Positions 50,861 through 63,357 are shown, numbered from the whole stretch's first letter. The stretch is DNA of 63,357 nt, filler included, from Octopus bimaculoides (GCF_001194135.2; 7 parts of 7 records of this genome joined end to end with filler, not necessarily neighbours in it), one strand, 5' to 3'. A program made the numbers and translations. The notes: generated from the letters alone by a model not told the origin.

Positions 50861-51793
50861 ATATACACATATATTCATTCATACATACACACATATATAA
50901 AGATATATCAAGTATATATAGTTCCGTAAAATACAGTAAAACGAACAAAATGTCACATCAAAACCGAACTAACTGGAAAAACAGAAGAGCTGAAAACGTT
51001 ACAAACCCATAAATAAATGAATGAATAAATAAATANNNNNNNNNNNNNNNNNNNNNNNNNNNNNNNNNNNNNNNNNNNNNNNNNNNNNNNNNNNNNNNNN
51101 NNNNNNNNNNNNNNNNNNNNNNNNNNNNNNNNNNNNNNNNNNNNNNNNNNNNNNNNNNNNNNNNNNNNNNNNNNNNNNNNNNNNNNNNNNNNNNNNNNNN
51201 NNNNNNNNNNNNNNNNNNNNNNNNNNNNNNNNNNNNNNNNNNNNNNNNNNNNNNNNNNNNNNNNNNNNNNNNNNNNNNNNNNNNNNNNNNNNNNNNNNNN
51301 NNNNNNNNNNNNNNNNNNNNNNNNNNNNNNNNNNNNNNNNNNNNNNNNNNNNNNNNNNNNNNNNNNNNNNNNNNNNNNNNNNNNNNNNNNNNNNNNNNNN
51401 NNNNNNNNNNNNNNNNNNNNNNNNNNNNNNNNNNNNNNNNNNNNNNNNNNNNNNNNNNNNNNNNNNNNNNNNNNNNNNNNNNNNNNNNNNNNNNNNNNNN
51501 NNNNNNNNNNNNNNNNNNNNNNNNNNNNNNNNNNNNNNNNNNNNNNNNNNNNNNNNNNNNNNNNNNNNNNNNNNNNNNNNNNNNNNNNNNNNNNNNNNNN
51601 NNNNNNNNNNNNNNNNNNNNNNNNNNNNNNNNNNNNNNNNNNNNNNNNNNNNNNNNNNNNNNNNNNNNNNNNNNNNNNNNNNNNNNNNNNNNNNNNNNNN
51701 NNNNNNNNNNNNNNNNNNNNNNNNNNNNNNNNNNNNNNNNNNNNNNNNNNNNNNNNNNNNNNNNNNNNNNNNNNNNNNNNNNNNNNNNNNNNN

Positions 51794-51841
<48 letters not shown>

Positions 51842-52694
51842 CACATATATTCATTCATACATACACACATATATAAAGATATATCAAGTATATATAGTTC
51901 CGTAAAATACAGTAAAACGAACAAAATGTCACATCAAAACCGAACTAACTGGAAAAACAGAAGAGCTGAAAACGTTACAAACCCATAAATAAATGAATGA
52001 ATAAATAAATAGATAAATGAATGAATAAATAAATAAATAAAAGTAAAGAAAGTGTAAAAGTAGAAAATCTAAAGGCAGAAAAACAAGTCTCTCATCAGGC
52101 GATTTTAAACAACTGTGAGTCACGTAAAAATGTGTTATTTAAGATAATGATTTCAAACAATTTCCCTATTACGTAGAAAACTAATTTTAGAATACAATGC
52201 TACTCACAAATCCATAAAATGTGTTTTTAGTATCAAAACTTGAGAAGAAAAAACAAGACAGGTAAAAAGCCTGATTAAAAAAAAGACCAAGAAACTCCCC
52301 CAGAGCAAAGAATCAACTATGGTGATTGTCGTAATACAGTTTTCGGTTATCACACGACAAAACACAGTTAAGAAAAGCAAAGTTTTCTTCGATAGCAAAT
52401 ATGAAATATTTCAGATGAAGTTCATAAGAAAAATATGCATTTAACTATGTATAATGAAGGCTGAGTGTGTAGAGGAGAACCGATCGTTTCTCGCAAGAGA
52501 GTATGGCTCGGTAATATGTATCATGGTTTCATTAAGTATTTTAGCGATAAACTAATCTCGGCCACCACACTCTTGACCCAAGGAACAACACGGATGTTAA
52601 ATCTGGAGGGAGAAAAGACTGTAATTGGTGGTTTTACTCGAAGGAGATATTTGCGAAGTAAATATTTCGAGCACAGCCACTATTAGAAGAGAAT

Positions 52695-53037
52695 ATGACC
52701 AAAAACTGCGTGTACTCCGTCCCATGCAACTATGGTAGGTTATACAAAGGCGAAACATGCTGACCCCTCAAAATAAGGTTAGACGAACATCGCAAAGCTG
52801 TGATACGAGGAGATATTGATAAATCGGGTATGGCTGATCATGTATGGAAAAATGGAGACCACCTCCCTCTGTGGGATGAAGTTAAAATAATAGACAGAGA
52901 ACACAACTGGAAAATGAGAAAACTAAAAGAAACAGCACATATGCTAGGACACAACAACCTCCTAAGCAGACCAAGTGCAGATATGAGTAGCATATGGGAA
53001 CCGGTATTAAGGAAGGATAGAAAAATATTAGATTTAT
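52695..53037 (+). pseudogene. Penelope-like element GIY-YIG endonuclease C-terminus
   Basis: MTKNCVYSVPCNYGRLYKGETC*PLKIRLDEHRKAVIRGDIDKSGMADHVW...LPLWDEVKIIDRE...RKLKETAHM matches the PLE GIY-YIG pattern (VY-x-IPC...YxGET-x-R-L-x-x-R-x-x-EH). One internal stop. Confidence 0.9.
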
Positions 53038-53052
53038 AAGCCCTAAAATTCA

Positions 53053-53290
53053 CTCCGTAATTGCGTAGTGGCTAGGAGCGCAGGCTACTAACCCCAAGAT
53101 TCCGAGTTCGATTCCAAGCAGTGACCTAAACAATAATAATAATAATAATGATAATAACAATAGGAATGAGAACCCAGGTTCGAAATTTCCCCAAGACATC
53201 TGAAGAAGGCTGAAAGGTATATCAGCCGAAACGTTGGGTTAACAGAAAACAAGATGAGGACAAATATCCGTCGAATGTAAATAATGTAAA
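53053..53290 (+). mobile_element. tRNA-like head, (AAT)n and Penelope-type tail with hammerhead motif (53195-53240)
   Basis: A-box-like tgcgtagtgg (53062-71), anticodon-loop-like CTACTAA, B-box gagttcgattcc (53104-15); then gacat-CTGAAGA-A-ggctga(aaggtata)tcagcc-GAAA-cgtt-gggtt. Confidence 0.7.
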
Positions 53291-53716
53291 AAATATCCAA
53301 GGAAGCAATTGTCATTCTAACTGCATTTTACAAAGTCATTCTCGAACGTTTAACATTTAGCAAATTCAAACGTAATACAAATACAGCATGAAATATATAG
53401 ATGCGTCAGCTAGGCAGTACAGGAAAAATGACGAGTGTTTGATAACACGTGTTTGTTAATTGAAAAGGTTGCTGAAAGAAACCACTCTATGTCCTTTCTG
53501 TCTCTAAGAATGTCCTACAGCTAATTCATCAACAGTTACTATGTGATTCTCTACATCAAAATGGAAGTTAAAATGTATTCTGTTCGTGACATCTAATTTA
53601 ATAGCTAGAAAAATTATCGAAGAATTCCAGTTATACATCCAACCACACAAAACTCCTCTCACACATAGACACGCATACACAAAACATGCACAAAAAGGAC
53701 ACACATAAATGCGAAT

Positions 53717-53750
<34 letters not shown>

Positions 53751-54395
53751 CTAGCAATAAACGATATAAATGTTGGTTGGTTGGTTGTCTGATTCTCCAG
53801 TTGGACTTTACGTCGTATAGTGACAGAGGGAGAGAAGAAAAGAGATACAGAGAGAGGAGAAAAGAAGGAAGGAGAGAGAAAAAGAAAGAGCAAATGAGGG
53901 GGGGTTAACACAAGAGGAGCAGAATGAGTGTTTCATAATCTTCTGAAAAATACCTATTTTTTAAGGAAATTTTGCAAAGATAAGTTTTCGATGGGAGACA
54001 TCACTGTATTATGCTCATAACATGCAGAAAAATAATACATATGTATTGTAAATATAAAAATGAAACATTTGTATGAGCTAAACTTATTTTAAGGTAGTAA
54101 ATATTTTTCTTGTGGCGATTGCTATCCATTTCATCATTTTGTTTAAGTATCAAGGAATTTGATAAAAAAAAAAGAAGTCAAATTGTAATTATTGTATGTC
54201 TGCCGCATTTCCCGATATTGCCGATGGTGGCAATTTATCTGTCCAAAGTTACTATATGGTAGGTAAGACTCTAGTATATATATATATATATNNNNNNNNN
54301 NNNNNNNNNNNNNNNNNNNNNNNNNNNNNNNNNNNTTAATTAATTAANNNNNNNNNNNNNNNNNNNNNNNNNNNNNNNNNNNNNNNNNNNNAGAG

Positions 54396-54498
<103 letters not shown>

Positions 54499-54942
54499 GT
54501 ATACGCCGTAGAATGGAACCGGGCATATGTTCTTTAATCTTTTATCTTTAACTTGTTTCTCTCGTTGGACTGAGGCCATGCTGGGGCACAGCTCTGAAGG
54601 ATTTTATTCGAATGAATCGAATTCACTATTTATCTTTTAAGCTTGGTGCTTACTCTGTCGGACACTTTTCCTGAACCACAATGTAAACAAACCAAAGCTG
54701 GTTGTCATGCTGCGGTCGGGCACAAACACAAAGCCACATAGATGCATACTTACATGACATATATAGATAACACACACTCACACACACACGCACACGCACG
54801 CACACACAAAGACACACACATACAGATAAATAGACAGACAGACAGCTGTGACAGCTGTTGACAGAAGCATGTGTGTGTGCCTGTGTGTGTGTGTGTGTGT
54901 GTGTGCCTAAACGTTAGTATGTATATGGATATATATATATAT

Positions 54943-55320
54943 ATTTATATAAAGGGCATTATTATAGAAAAATAATAATGCCACACAGTGGACTTCTCAA
55001 AATAACCACATTTAGTACCTATGCGAGGAAAAAACTTCATTCCCTTTACTCTGTCGGATACGTAGCTGTTCGGTTTTTGGTGAGGTGAGAATTCTGTTTA
55101 TTTATATATATTTTTGGGACAATATTGTGCTAATGAACGAAGTCTAGATTCATTCTAGTAATCGCGAAATCGGTCGATACGCAATTAAGTCTATTTTAAA
55201 AGAAAGTTGGTCATCTTCTGTTGGTTGTTTTTTCCTCGCATAGGTACTAAATGTGGTTATTTTGAGAAGTCCACTCTGTGGCATTATTATTTTTCTATAA
55301 TAATGCCCTTTATATAAATA
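54943..55320. mobile_element. Fold-back MITE with ~93-bp TIRs (same termini as 29011-29220)
   Basis: 54943-55035 is the reverse complement of 55227-55320 with one substitution and one 1-nt indel. Termini tataaagggcatta...taatgccctttata. Confidence 0.9.
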
Positions 55321-56023
55321 TAAACGAATAATTATATTCTTGGGAATAGAAATTTCCCTAACGAATTTTTTTACACACTGGCTTCTTGATAAAATTCTTG
55401 TAAAAGAATTTTATCCTANNNNNNNNNNNNNNNNNNNNNNNNNNNNNNNNNNNNNNNNNNNNNNNNNNNNNNNNNNNNNNNNNNNNNNNNNNNNNNNNNN
55501 NNNNNNNNNNNNNNNNNNNNNNNNNNNNNNNNNNNNNNNNNNNNNNNNNNNNNNNNNNNNNNNNNNNNNNNNNNNNNNNNNNNNNNNNNNNNNNNNNNNN
55601 NNNNNNNNNNNNNNNNNNNNNNNNNNNNNNNNNNNNNNNNNNNNNNNNNNNNNNNNNNNNNNNNNNNNNNNNNNNNNNNNNNNNNNNNNNNNNNNNNNNN
55701 NNNNNNNNNNNNNNNNNNNNNNNNNNNNNNNNNNNNNNNNNNNNNNNNNNNNNNNNNNNNNNNNNNNNNNNNNNNNNNNNNNNNNNNNNNNNNNNNNNNN
55801 NNNNNNNNNNNNNNNNNNNNNNNNNNNNNNNNNNNNNNNNNNNNNNNNNNNNNNNNNNNNNNNNNNNNNNNNNNNNNNNNNNNNNNNNNNNNNNNNNNNN
55901 NNNNNNNNNNNNNNNAACGGTTGCATAATCAAGTATTTGCACTCCTGGAGAACTACGTTGCATGGAAACAATTGTAGTGATTAAAAAATAAATGTCCAAA
56001 CGTAGCCTTCTCAGTTTTTTCAA

Positions 56024-56078
<55 letters not shown>

Positions 56079-56487
56079 TGTATGTATGTATGTATGTATG
56101 TATTATGTATGTATGTATTATGTATGTATGTAGACACGAGTTAAGTTAGAGGTTATAAAAACCGTCTAAAGGACATTTGTATCCAATGAATCCATTGATG
56201 TATTACCTATATTTAATCATGAGCATTCTCACTCTCTCCTTCTTTTTCTTTTTACTTTTATTTTATTTACTTTTCATTTGTAATGAAGTTCCGTGATTTA
56301 AATTGGTATAATTAATTATTTACAGTGATAACTATTACTAATCATTATTGTGGTGGTTAAGCCTGGGAATCACCCTAACAGAAACAGGTGTAAGTTGAAA
56401 TTCTGCTTTTTTTTTGTAATTAATTAATAAATGCCAATTGATGTAAATCAATTGTTATTCATCAATTTTCTCTCCATTTTCTGCTTT

Positions 56488-56650
56488 TATGCGTGACTGT
56501 GTGGTAAGATTGGCTTTCCAACCACATTGTTCCAGGTTCAATTCCACTGCGTGGCACCTTAGGTAAGTGTCTTCCACTATAGCCTCGGGCCGACCAAAGC
56601 CTTGTGAGTGGATTTGGTAGACGGAAACTGAAAGAAGCCCGTCGTATATA
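56488..56650 (+). mobile_element. S1 SINE, 5' half
   Basis: gtgactgtgtggtaagattggctttccaaccac...ggaaactgaaagaagcccgtcg, ending in a (TA)n tract and gap. Confidence 0.85.
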
Positions 56651-56667
56651 TGTATACGAAAGCCTGT

Positions 56668-56699
<32 letters not shown>

Positions 56700-56819
56700 N
56701 NNNNNNNNNNNNNNNNNNNNNNNNNNNNNNNNNNNNNNNNNNNTTAATTAATTAANNNNNNNNNNNNNNNNNNNNNNNNNNNNNNNNNNNNNNNNNNNNT
56801 ATGTATGTATGTATGTATA

Positions 56820-57720
56820 TATTGTTTATATAACTCAACAACATTGTTAGAATAGTGACGTTCAACAACATGCACACATTCAAGAATAACACTTATTAAA
56901 TTCTAGTCATCAGCAAATCAATGGCCGGTGATACCGCAATAACTTTCATTACCTAGAGATGTCCAAAAATCAGATGTCAGCGCAATTGCTTTCGAAATTT
57001 TCACTGCTTCCTTAACCTTTTCTTTTTTGCTGTTATACATACCAGCCAACATTTTATCAATAGTGCGTCGGCAAGGTAGTTATATTCGGTATATTGAAGC
57101 ATTGTACGCAACACCTGCTAAAGATCATCATCTTCTACTATCGATATTGGTCTACCACTGTTAGCTATCCAGTTTGCAAGTGATGTCTTAATGTCACGTG
57201 GTAGGCTAGCATTCACCGGATGATCAGACCGATGATAAAACTGACTCAAAGTAGTCTGCTTTGTGGGAGATAACACCACCGATGTAGACTGACTAAATGA
57301 AGGTGATATTGCGAGCTGAGGTATCGAATACTGTAGCGAGTGTTTGTTTTGAAGGTGGTAAGTAAGCAATGTTAGATCCATGGCATGCGAACGATTTGTC
57401 GCAATGGATGCAATAAACGTTATCAGCAGTTTTAATATTACCGTCAGCCAACAATTTAGATCCAAAATGTTCATGTAATCGATCTGATATAGGTTTATAT
57501 TTTATAACTCGATTCTTCTCCGCCGCCATTTTACTGTATTCCTATTGATTCCCGACTTCCGGCACGTTTATTAATGAAGGGTAGAAAATTAAATTTCAAA
57601 CTGATTAATAAAAAATTAATCGTTAAAACAAAAAAAAAATAATCGTTAAAACAAAAAAATTAATCGTTAAAATAAAATAACGATTAATCGATTAATTAAT
57701 CTTTAAATTCCGCAGACCTA
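56820..57720 (-). mobile_element. Decayed hAT DNA transposon, 5' terminus plus BED finger and start of the catalytic core
   Basis: 5' end taggtctgcgg at 57720 with subterminal aatcgttaaaa repeats. ATG at 57529; VYCIHCDKSFACHGS / LTYHLQNKH (BED C2H2 across a frameshift); ANWIANSGRPISIVEDD; LPCRRTI; ALTSDFWTSLGNESYCGITGH (first catalytic Asp); ERHYSNNV. Several stops and frameshifts. Confidence 0.88.
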
Positions 57721-57749
57721 ATATACATACATACATACATACATACATA

Positions 57750-58280
57750 GATTTATACATATTCGAAGCGACAAGTCGTGTATTTAGTATAGGAGACTAT
57801 CGAAAGTACGATGAATACAATCTCCAGCTTTGGAGCCACAACTAGCAGCCTTGTTAAATAACTGGTTAATCTTCAGATTAATTAACTGAGGGAGCCTTTT
57901 TTTATTCACGATCGTAGTGATTTTCGACTGAAACTTGAATTTAGCATGCAGAGAGTTACTACTAACAACATGGCTGGACACAACATCAACAACACAACCG
58001 AAGAGCAGAACGAAAACAACATCTCAACAGGTAAACAAATTCTTTCTAGCAATAGTTATAGAAGAAACCGTTAAGTACAAAACTCATTTCTCTTGGAGTT
58101 ATGAATAGAATAATGATCTTTTTAACTGCTACGTAAAAACGAAACAAAACTCCACTATTGGCTATATGAAACAATTGAAATCATATTGAGACGATCTGCA
58201 TCCAGAATTAAATCATTTTACTGCGAAACAACTACTCCAACAAGCAACATTTGTAGAACATAGAAAGAAGGTTAGTTACT
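57750..58280 (+). mobile_element. Probable 5' end of an R4/Dong-like site-specific non-LTR retrotransposon
   Basis: After ATG 57970, a shifted frame reads WSYE*NNDLFNCYVKTKQNSTIGYMKQLKSY*DDLHPELNHFTAKQLLQQATFV, resembling the Myb-like W..EEN..CY...GY.K.M...W...P......Q.L..QA N-terminus of R4/Dong ORFs (recalled). Preceded by a (TACA)n tract. Confidence 0.55.
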
Positions 58281-58446
58281 GTAACTTTATTAAGAAATCG
58301 AAAATTCACCTTTTTCCCAACTCAATAAACAAAAACGAAAACGTGAATGATATAAGACCACGACGTGGTTTCGCAGCTAGCAACATTCCAACAGATTCTA
58401 TAGTGCCTGCCAGCCAAACTATATTACTGGCTTAAGTAACAGACCA

Positions 58447-58606
58447 ACATCGATTGTCAAGCGATGGTGGAGGGACAAACGCAGAAACACACTCAAATAT
58501 ACACACACACAAACACACAGAGACTCAAATAAATACACACACACTCAAATATACACACACGCAAACACACATACACACACACACAAACACACATACACAC
58601 ACACAT

Positions 58607-58666
<60 letters not shown>

Positions 58667-58800
58667 ATACAAATATGCACGACGGGCTGCCTTCAGTTTC
58701 CGTCTACTAAATCCACTGACTAGACTTTTGTCGGTCCGAGGCTACAGCAGACACTTGTCCAAAGCACCATGATGATCTTCTTACCACACAGCCACGCCTG
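58447..58800 (-). mobile_element. S1 SINE with expanded internal (CA)/(CT) microsatellite
   Basis: Head ggcgtggctgtgtggtaagaag at 58800, body to acaatcgatgttgg at 58447; internal repeat 58490-58670. Confidence 0.8.
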
Positions 58801-58829
58801 CACCAAAATTTATAAAAATATCTTGAAAT

Positions 58830-59607
58830 ACTAAAGAGTAAATTTATTCAATAAAATCGCCATTGGCTTCAACCACGGCCTCCAGACTACTTCGAAATCT
58901 CCTGCAACACTTCTGAATGGTTTCCTCGTTTAAGTTGGTGAGTGCTTCCATAATCCTTGCCTTCAGTTCATCTTTGGTATTAAAAGAGTTTTGTTGGTCT
59001 CTCGCTCAACTGCGCCCCACACATAATAACGAAGAGGGCTGCAGTCTGGGGAGTTAGGTGGCCAGATACTAGGAGTGATGTGGTCGCAGAAATTGTCTGA
59101 CAACCACGACTGGGTTCTCTTGTGTGGCATGATGCAAAGTCCTGTTGCCAGACATAAGGTCTTCCAGCAGCCACCCTCTTGACCCAGCGCAGCATTGCCT
59201 CCTCCAGGAATTGATATAGGCCCTCGTGTTGTGTCTGAGGCCGTGTGAGAAAGTGAATAGAGGTATAACGTCGCCATCGCTAATGATCACTCCAAGCACC
59301 ATGATGTTGACTGGGTGTTTGAATTATATCACTCTCAGTACATGTTTTGGGGATACGGCAAGCCAACGGTTGTTCTCTGTGTTCATCATCTTTTCGTATT
59401 GGAGCTTCCGGCGCGAATGTCAAGCTGTACAGCATGTTGTTTCCAAATTTCTGGCAGAGTAAATTGCATCATGGTGTTCCTTTTCTCGCAGTCGGTGCCC
59501 AACAGACCGTATTCTACTGTGTAGTCGACAAAATCAAAGACAGACGATGCGCATGTGCGAAATCAAAAATATAACATGTCGACTATTTACCCATCGCACC
59601 CTCTGTA
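58830..59607 (-). mobile_element. Internally deleted maT (DD37D-type) mariner transposon
   Basis: NRWLAVSPKHV...KHPVNIMVLGVIISDGD...WVKRVAAGRPYVWQQD...WPPNSPDCSPLRYYVWGAVERETN...EANGDFIE*. 37 residues lie between the QQD Asp and the third catalytic position (mutated to Arg) after correcting one frameshift. 5' end tacagagggtgcg at 59607; HTH and first Asp deleted. Confidence 0.85.
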
Positions 59608-59665
59608 TCTGTATGTGTATACACAGACACACACACACACAAACACACACCCACATATATATTTA

Positions 59666-59891
59666 AGCGAACTGGCAGAGACGTTAGCGCGCCAGGTGAA
59701 ATGCTTAGCGGTATTTCGTCCGGCGTTATGTTCTGAGTTCAAATTCCGCCGAGGTCGACTTTGCCTTTCACCCTTTGGGGGTCGATAAATAAAGTACCAG
59801 TTACGCACTGGAGTTGATGTAATCGACTTAATCCCTTTGTCTCTTCTTGTTTGTCCCCTCTATGTTTAGCCCCTTGTGGGCAATAAAGAAA
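59666..59891 (+). mobile_element. SINE family S2
   Basis: Colinear with 15998-16216 and 37715-37941. Confidence 0.85.
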
Positions 59892-60049
59892 TATATATGT
59901 ATNNNNNNNNNNNNNNNNNNNNNNNNNNNNNNNNNNNNNNNNNNNNTTAATTAATTAANNNNNNNNNNNNNNNNNNNNNNNNNNNNNNNNNNNNNNNNNN
60001 NNTTTTATCAAGAAGCCAGTGTGTAAAAAAGTTCATAAGGGAAAACGAA

Positions 60050-60140
<91 letters not shown>

Positions 60141-63100
60141 AGCTATATATATGTATATGCGTAGAATAGATGAGAAAAGTTTAAGTAAAATCATGTTAAT
60201 ATATTTTAAGGCAATATTGAACAAATTTCTCCAAGGGGAAAAATTTGTCAAAATATTTGTTGTACTCACATTTTATCTCTGGAGAGCAAGACGCTGTATC
60301 TGAAGACTCTCTTGTAACACTGCTTCTGTAGAAAGACAACAAGATCTTATATATATATACATGCAAAATGGATCAAAATTCCTGAAGTTTGATTGCGTAT
60401 TGCAACTCGTAGGCGTATTGCGACCGAGTGGCTACAGGTGTTTGTCCAATTATATTTTTATGCATTTTTGCACATTTGTATATTGATACACGTATATATA
60501 TGTATACTGACAGAAGTTGCACATTTACACACGCACGCTCACACACATGCTTATATATGTATATGTCTAAATATTCATATATATATGAGTATGCATACAC
60601 GTATGTATGTGTGTGTGTCCATGCACACATATACTCAGAATCAGACGTTCAGAATATTATTGGTTACTTCGTACATCTAGGTATCTCATAATGCTTGTAA
60701 GCCCAGTAATGTATAACTAATGCCACATTGTTTGATACATTAAGTTATTCACTCATATCCAATTATATAAACCTGTGTTTTGTGTCTTTGTTCTAATATA
60801 TGCGTGATACTAATAAAATGAATGCGTGTCACTTTTCCCATACGCTTGAAAGATTCTCTCTTCAACAATGCGCTACTTCTATCTTTAAATTTGACTACAG
60901 TGGTTAACTTACAGAGCTAATCTTATCATTGTAATAATTTGTATTTTGTGTATTGTTTCAAAGATGTCAAGAGTTAATTGAAGAAATAAATTTGAAGGAG
61001 AGGAGTGGGGCAAGATTGAATTTGAATGCATACTACTGTAGTTTAATTTCAATGATATAATCTGCATCACTTAATAACTTTCCTTGTACAATATACTACA
61101 TATTCTAGACAGAAAAATTATAAGAGCAAAATCTATTCAGTATTATATGTCAATAAGAAAAAAATCAATTTTATTGTTGTATCGAGGCGTCTGTTTTCTT
61201 TTTGGCATCTAATAAAACTGTTACATTTGAAATATCTTCCATGTGTTATCTAGGTACACAGCGAAATGTAGTTATATGTTTTACAACCCGAATAGGTAGT
61301 TTGATAAAAGAACAGAACTAGTTTAGTATCAATATGTCTTGGTATTAGTATCGAACAGACACGGTTACTCTTCTCAGCCTGCCCACTCTTGGTCCAGTGG
61401 AACACTGAAAATACAACAACTGGTCGAAGAGAAGATTGCACTTGCAGTCGGATTAATACTCGTTTTCAGCGGAGTAGACTTGGGAAGACATGTTATGTCA
61501 TACTTTGGTCCAGAGTACAACACACCACCAGATCCAGGAATCAGACCAACAAGTATGATATATTATCAAACAATATACAATATTTAGTTATGCCTCTTTA
61601 CACACTGTCTTAAAATCGCATAATAATCGCCTTTATATTCATCATTTCATAATCATTGAAATAACTGTTCGGCAATTATTAATAAAGCAATGTAATAGAC
61701 GATATATAACCACAACAAATTTCTATATTATTTGTAAATAATGGGTATCAATATGTAATTAGTAAATTTACTCTTGATGCTTTCGAGGCCTATAAAACGA
61801 AAAGTACTGGCCAAAATGTTGCTGGCCATTCCAACGTCTTCATCTTATCTTCAAATATGTAGCCTTTTGAAATCAATATAAGATATAAATATATAATTTT
61901 GAATATCTATATTTTAAAACTTTTTTTGCTTATCGAAATTTAAACCGGAATTAATTATTTGTTGAAAAACTGAACTTATCAAATGTTTTTAACATTACTT
62001 TATTTTGAATGAAAATCAGTGGTGCAGTTTTATGCGAGAGTGGAATGAATATGCAATATTCAGCAATTCTTTACTTAAACCGTACATTTCATGATGTGTC
62101 ATAAGTTCGGAAATAGATGTAAATCGTAAGGCAAGCTCGGTTTTATGACAACTTTTAATTGCTTCAAATTTCATCACTAAAGAAGGTAAGCATTGTATAC
62201 CTATTTTGCTAAACAAAAAAATTTCAACATTATACATATATCTGTCTTTATTAATTAGAAAGTATCAGGATAGATACTGGTGTTCTTAATATTGAAAGTC
62301 AATACATATTAGAAATGCATGTTGAGTTTAATGCGAATGGGAATAATTCTGAGTTTAAAACAATGACAGAATCAGTTAATCCGAAGTGAACGACAAGCGG
62401 GAATGTATAAGTAAAGGAAAATGAAACATAATATATAATGTTTAAGTTTAAAGAAACCAAGAACATATCTTTTACATTACAAAATAACAAGATGCCTTTA
62501 AAATTGAAACTATTCAGAAAGTATTCAGTCCTTCATTAACATTAAAGTTTAATTTTATAAAACAAATGAGGTGAAATTACTACCACGAATTGATAAATAC
62601 TAACAGGAGGTAATTATTTCGTTCCTAGTTATTTACTTAGAAGTATCAAACAACAGAGTAGGGGTAGAATCCAGCCCTATTAGGTGAGGAAAAAAAGACG
62701 TTCTTCGATCCTACAGGTCTTACATTTATTAAGTAAATATACTGAGTCAGCAAAACTACCTTTCGTTACAAGTAGTTAGTGTTGAACGAAAAGCCAATTT
62801 AATTCAGATTATAAGATGTATCAGTAAAAAGTTGAAATGTATTCATGTCTCAGGTTTAATTGGTAATCTATAACAGTTCAAGCCCAAGAAATTTGTGAAG
62901 GATAAATTGGGTATATTGATGTCAGTGTTAGAATTTTAATTATTGGTACAATTAAATTGTGCATATTATATGATCATACGAACTGATACAAATTTGTCGA
63001 CGTTGTTACAGTTTAAAAATATAACATAATATATATATCTTTTTATAAAAATTCCAATTCGAAAAAAAATTCAAAATAGACAAATAAAGCAAAATAGAAT

Positions 63101-63357
63101 AAGATAAAATGAAGTAAAATAAAATAATATAATAGTCCATCGGTTAAAATACTATACCTGATGACAAAACTTTAAAATGACAAAACTTTAAAATGACAAA
63201 AGTTATATTAGAAGGTCCTTTACTTCCCTCAAGGTACACGTAATAACAGCAGGCTTCCATAGGTAAAATCCGTCTCTGCTCACCAAACTTACAAAAGTTC
63301 ATACAAAACACTGGTCAAAAACATAGGTCAAAAACACATACATGACGTATGTTTTTG

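Noticed and set aside
53053-53125. Possible bona fide tRNA gene
   Set aside because: Acceptor stem is not recoverable and it is fused to a repeat tail; treated as a tRNA-derived head. No rRNA, true tRNA or CRISPR array was seen in the window.
56954-56964. tagagatgtcc as the second hAT terminal inverted repeat
   Set aside because: It lies inside the transposase WTSLG coding region and has no matching 8-bp TSD; the true 3' end is missing or in the gap.
57970-58030. MAGHNINNTTEEQNENNIST followed by GTAAAC, resembling a glycosylated GPCR first exon
   Set aside because: The downstream sequence continues as a retrotransposon-like N-terminus, so a TE origin is more parsimonious.

Overview
Eukaryotic, AT-rich, microsatellite- and SINE-dense scaffold with many N gaps. 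Repeat families and composition suggest an octopus or other coleoid cephalopod; this is inference from pattern, not a database match. Almost all ORF-track entries are microsatellite or gap artefacts. Two host coding exons are recognisable, both on the + strand: the N-terminal exon of an Iroquois (Irx) homeobox gene (23613-23891) and, about 16 kb downstream, an exon resembling the N-terminus of the Wnt acyltransferase Porcupine (40292-40528). No Irx homeobox exon is visible; a strong splice acceptor opens directly into the 815-nt gap at 24914. The rest is mobile-element debris: tRNA-headed modular SINEs, LINE 3' ends, Penelope-like RT and GIY-YIG relics, maT/mariner, hAT, an R4/Dong-like 5' end and long fold-back MITEs. 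The most interesting signal is a recurring set of minimal, palindromic-stem-III hammerhead ribozyme motifs in Penelope-type tails. One follows a tRNA-like Pol III head directly behind a GIY-YIG ORF, one has an extended stem II plus a 98-bp antisense partner 1.2 kb away in the Irx region, and one family has a conserved non-canonical core (CUGUUGA).
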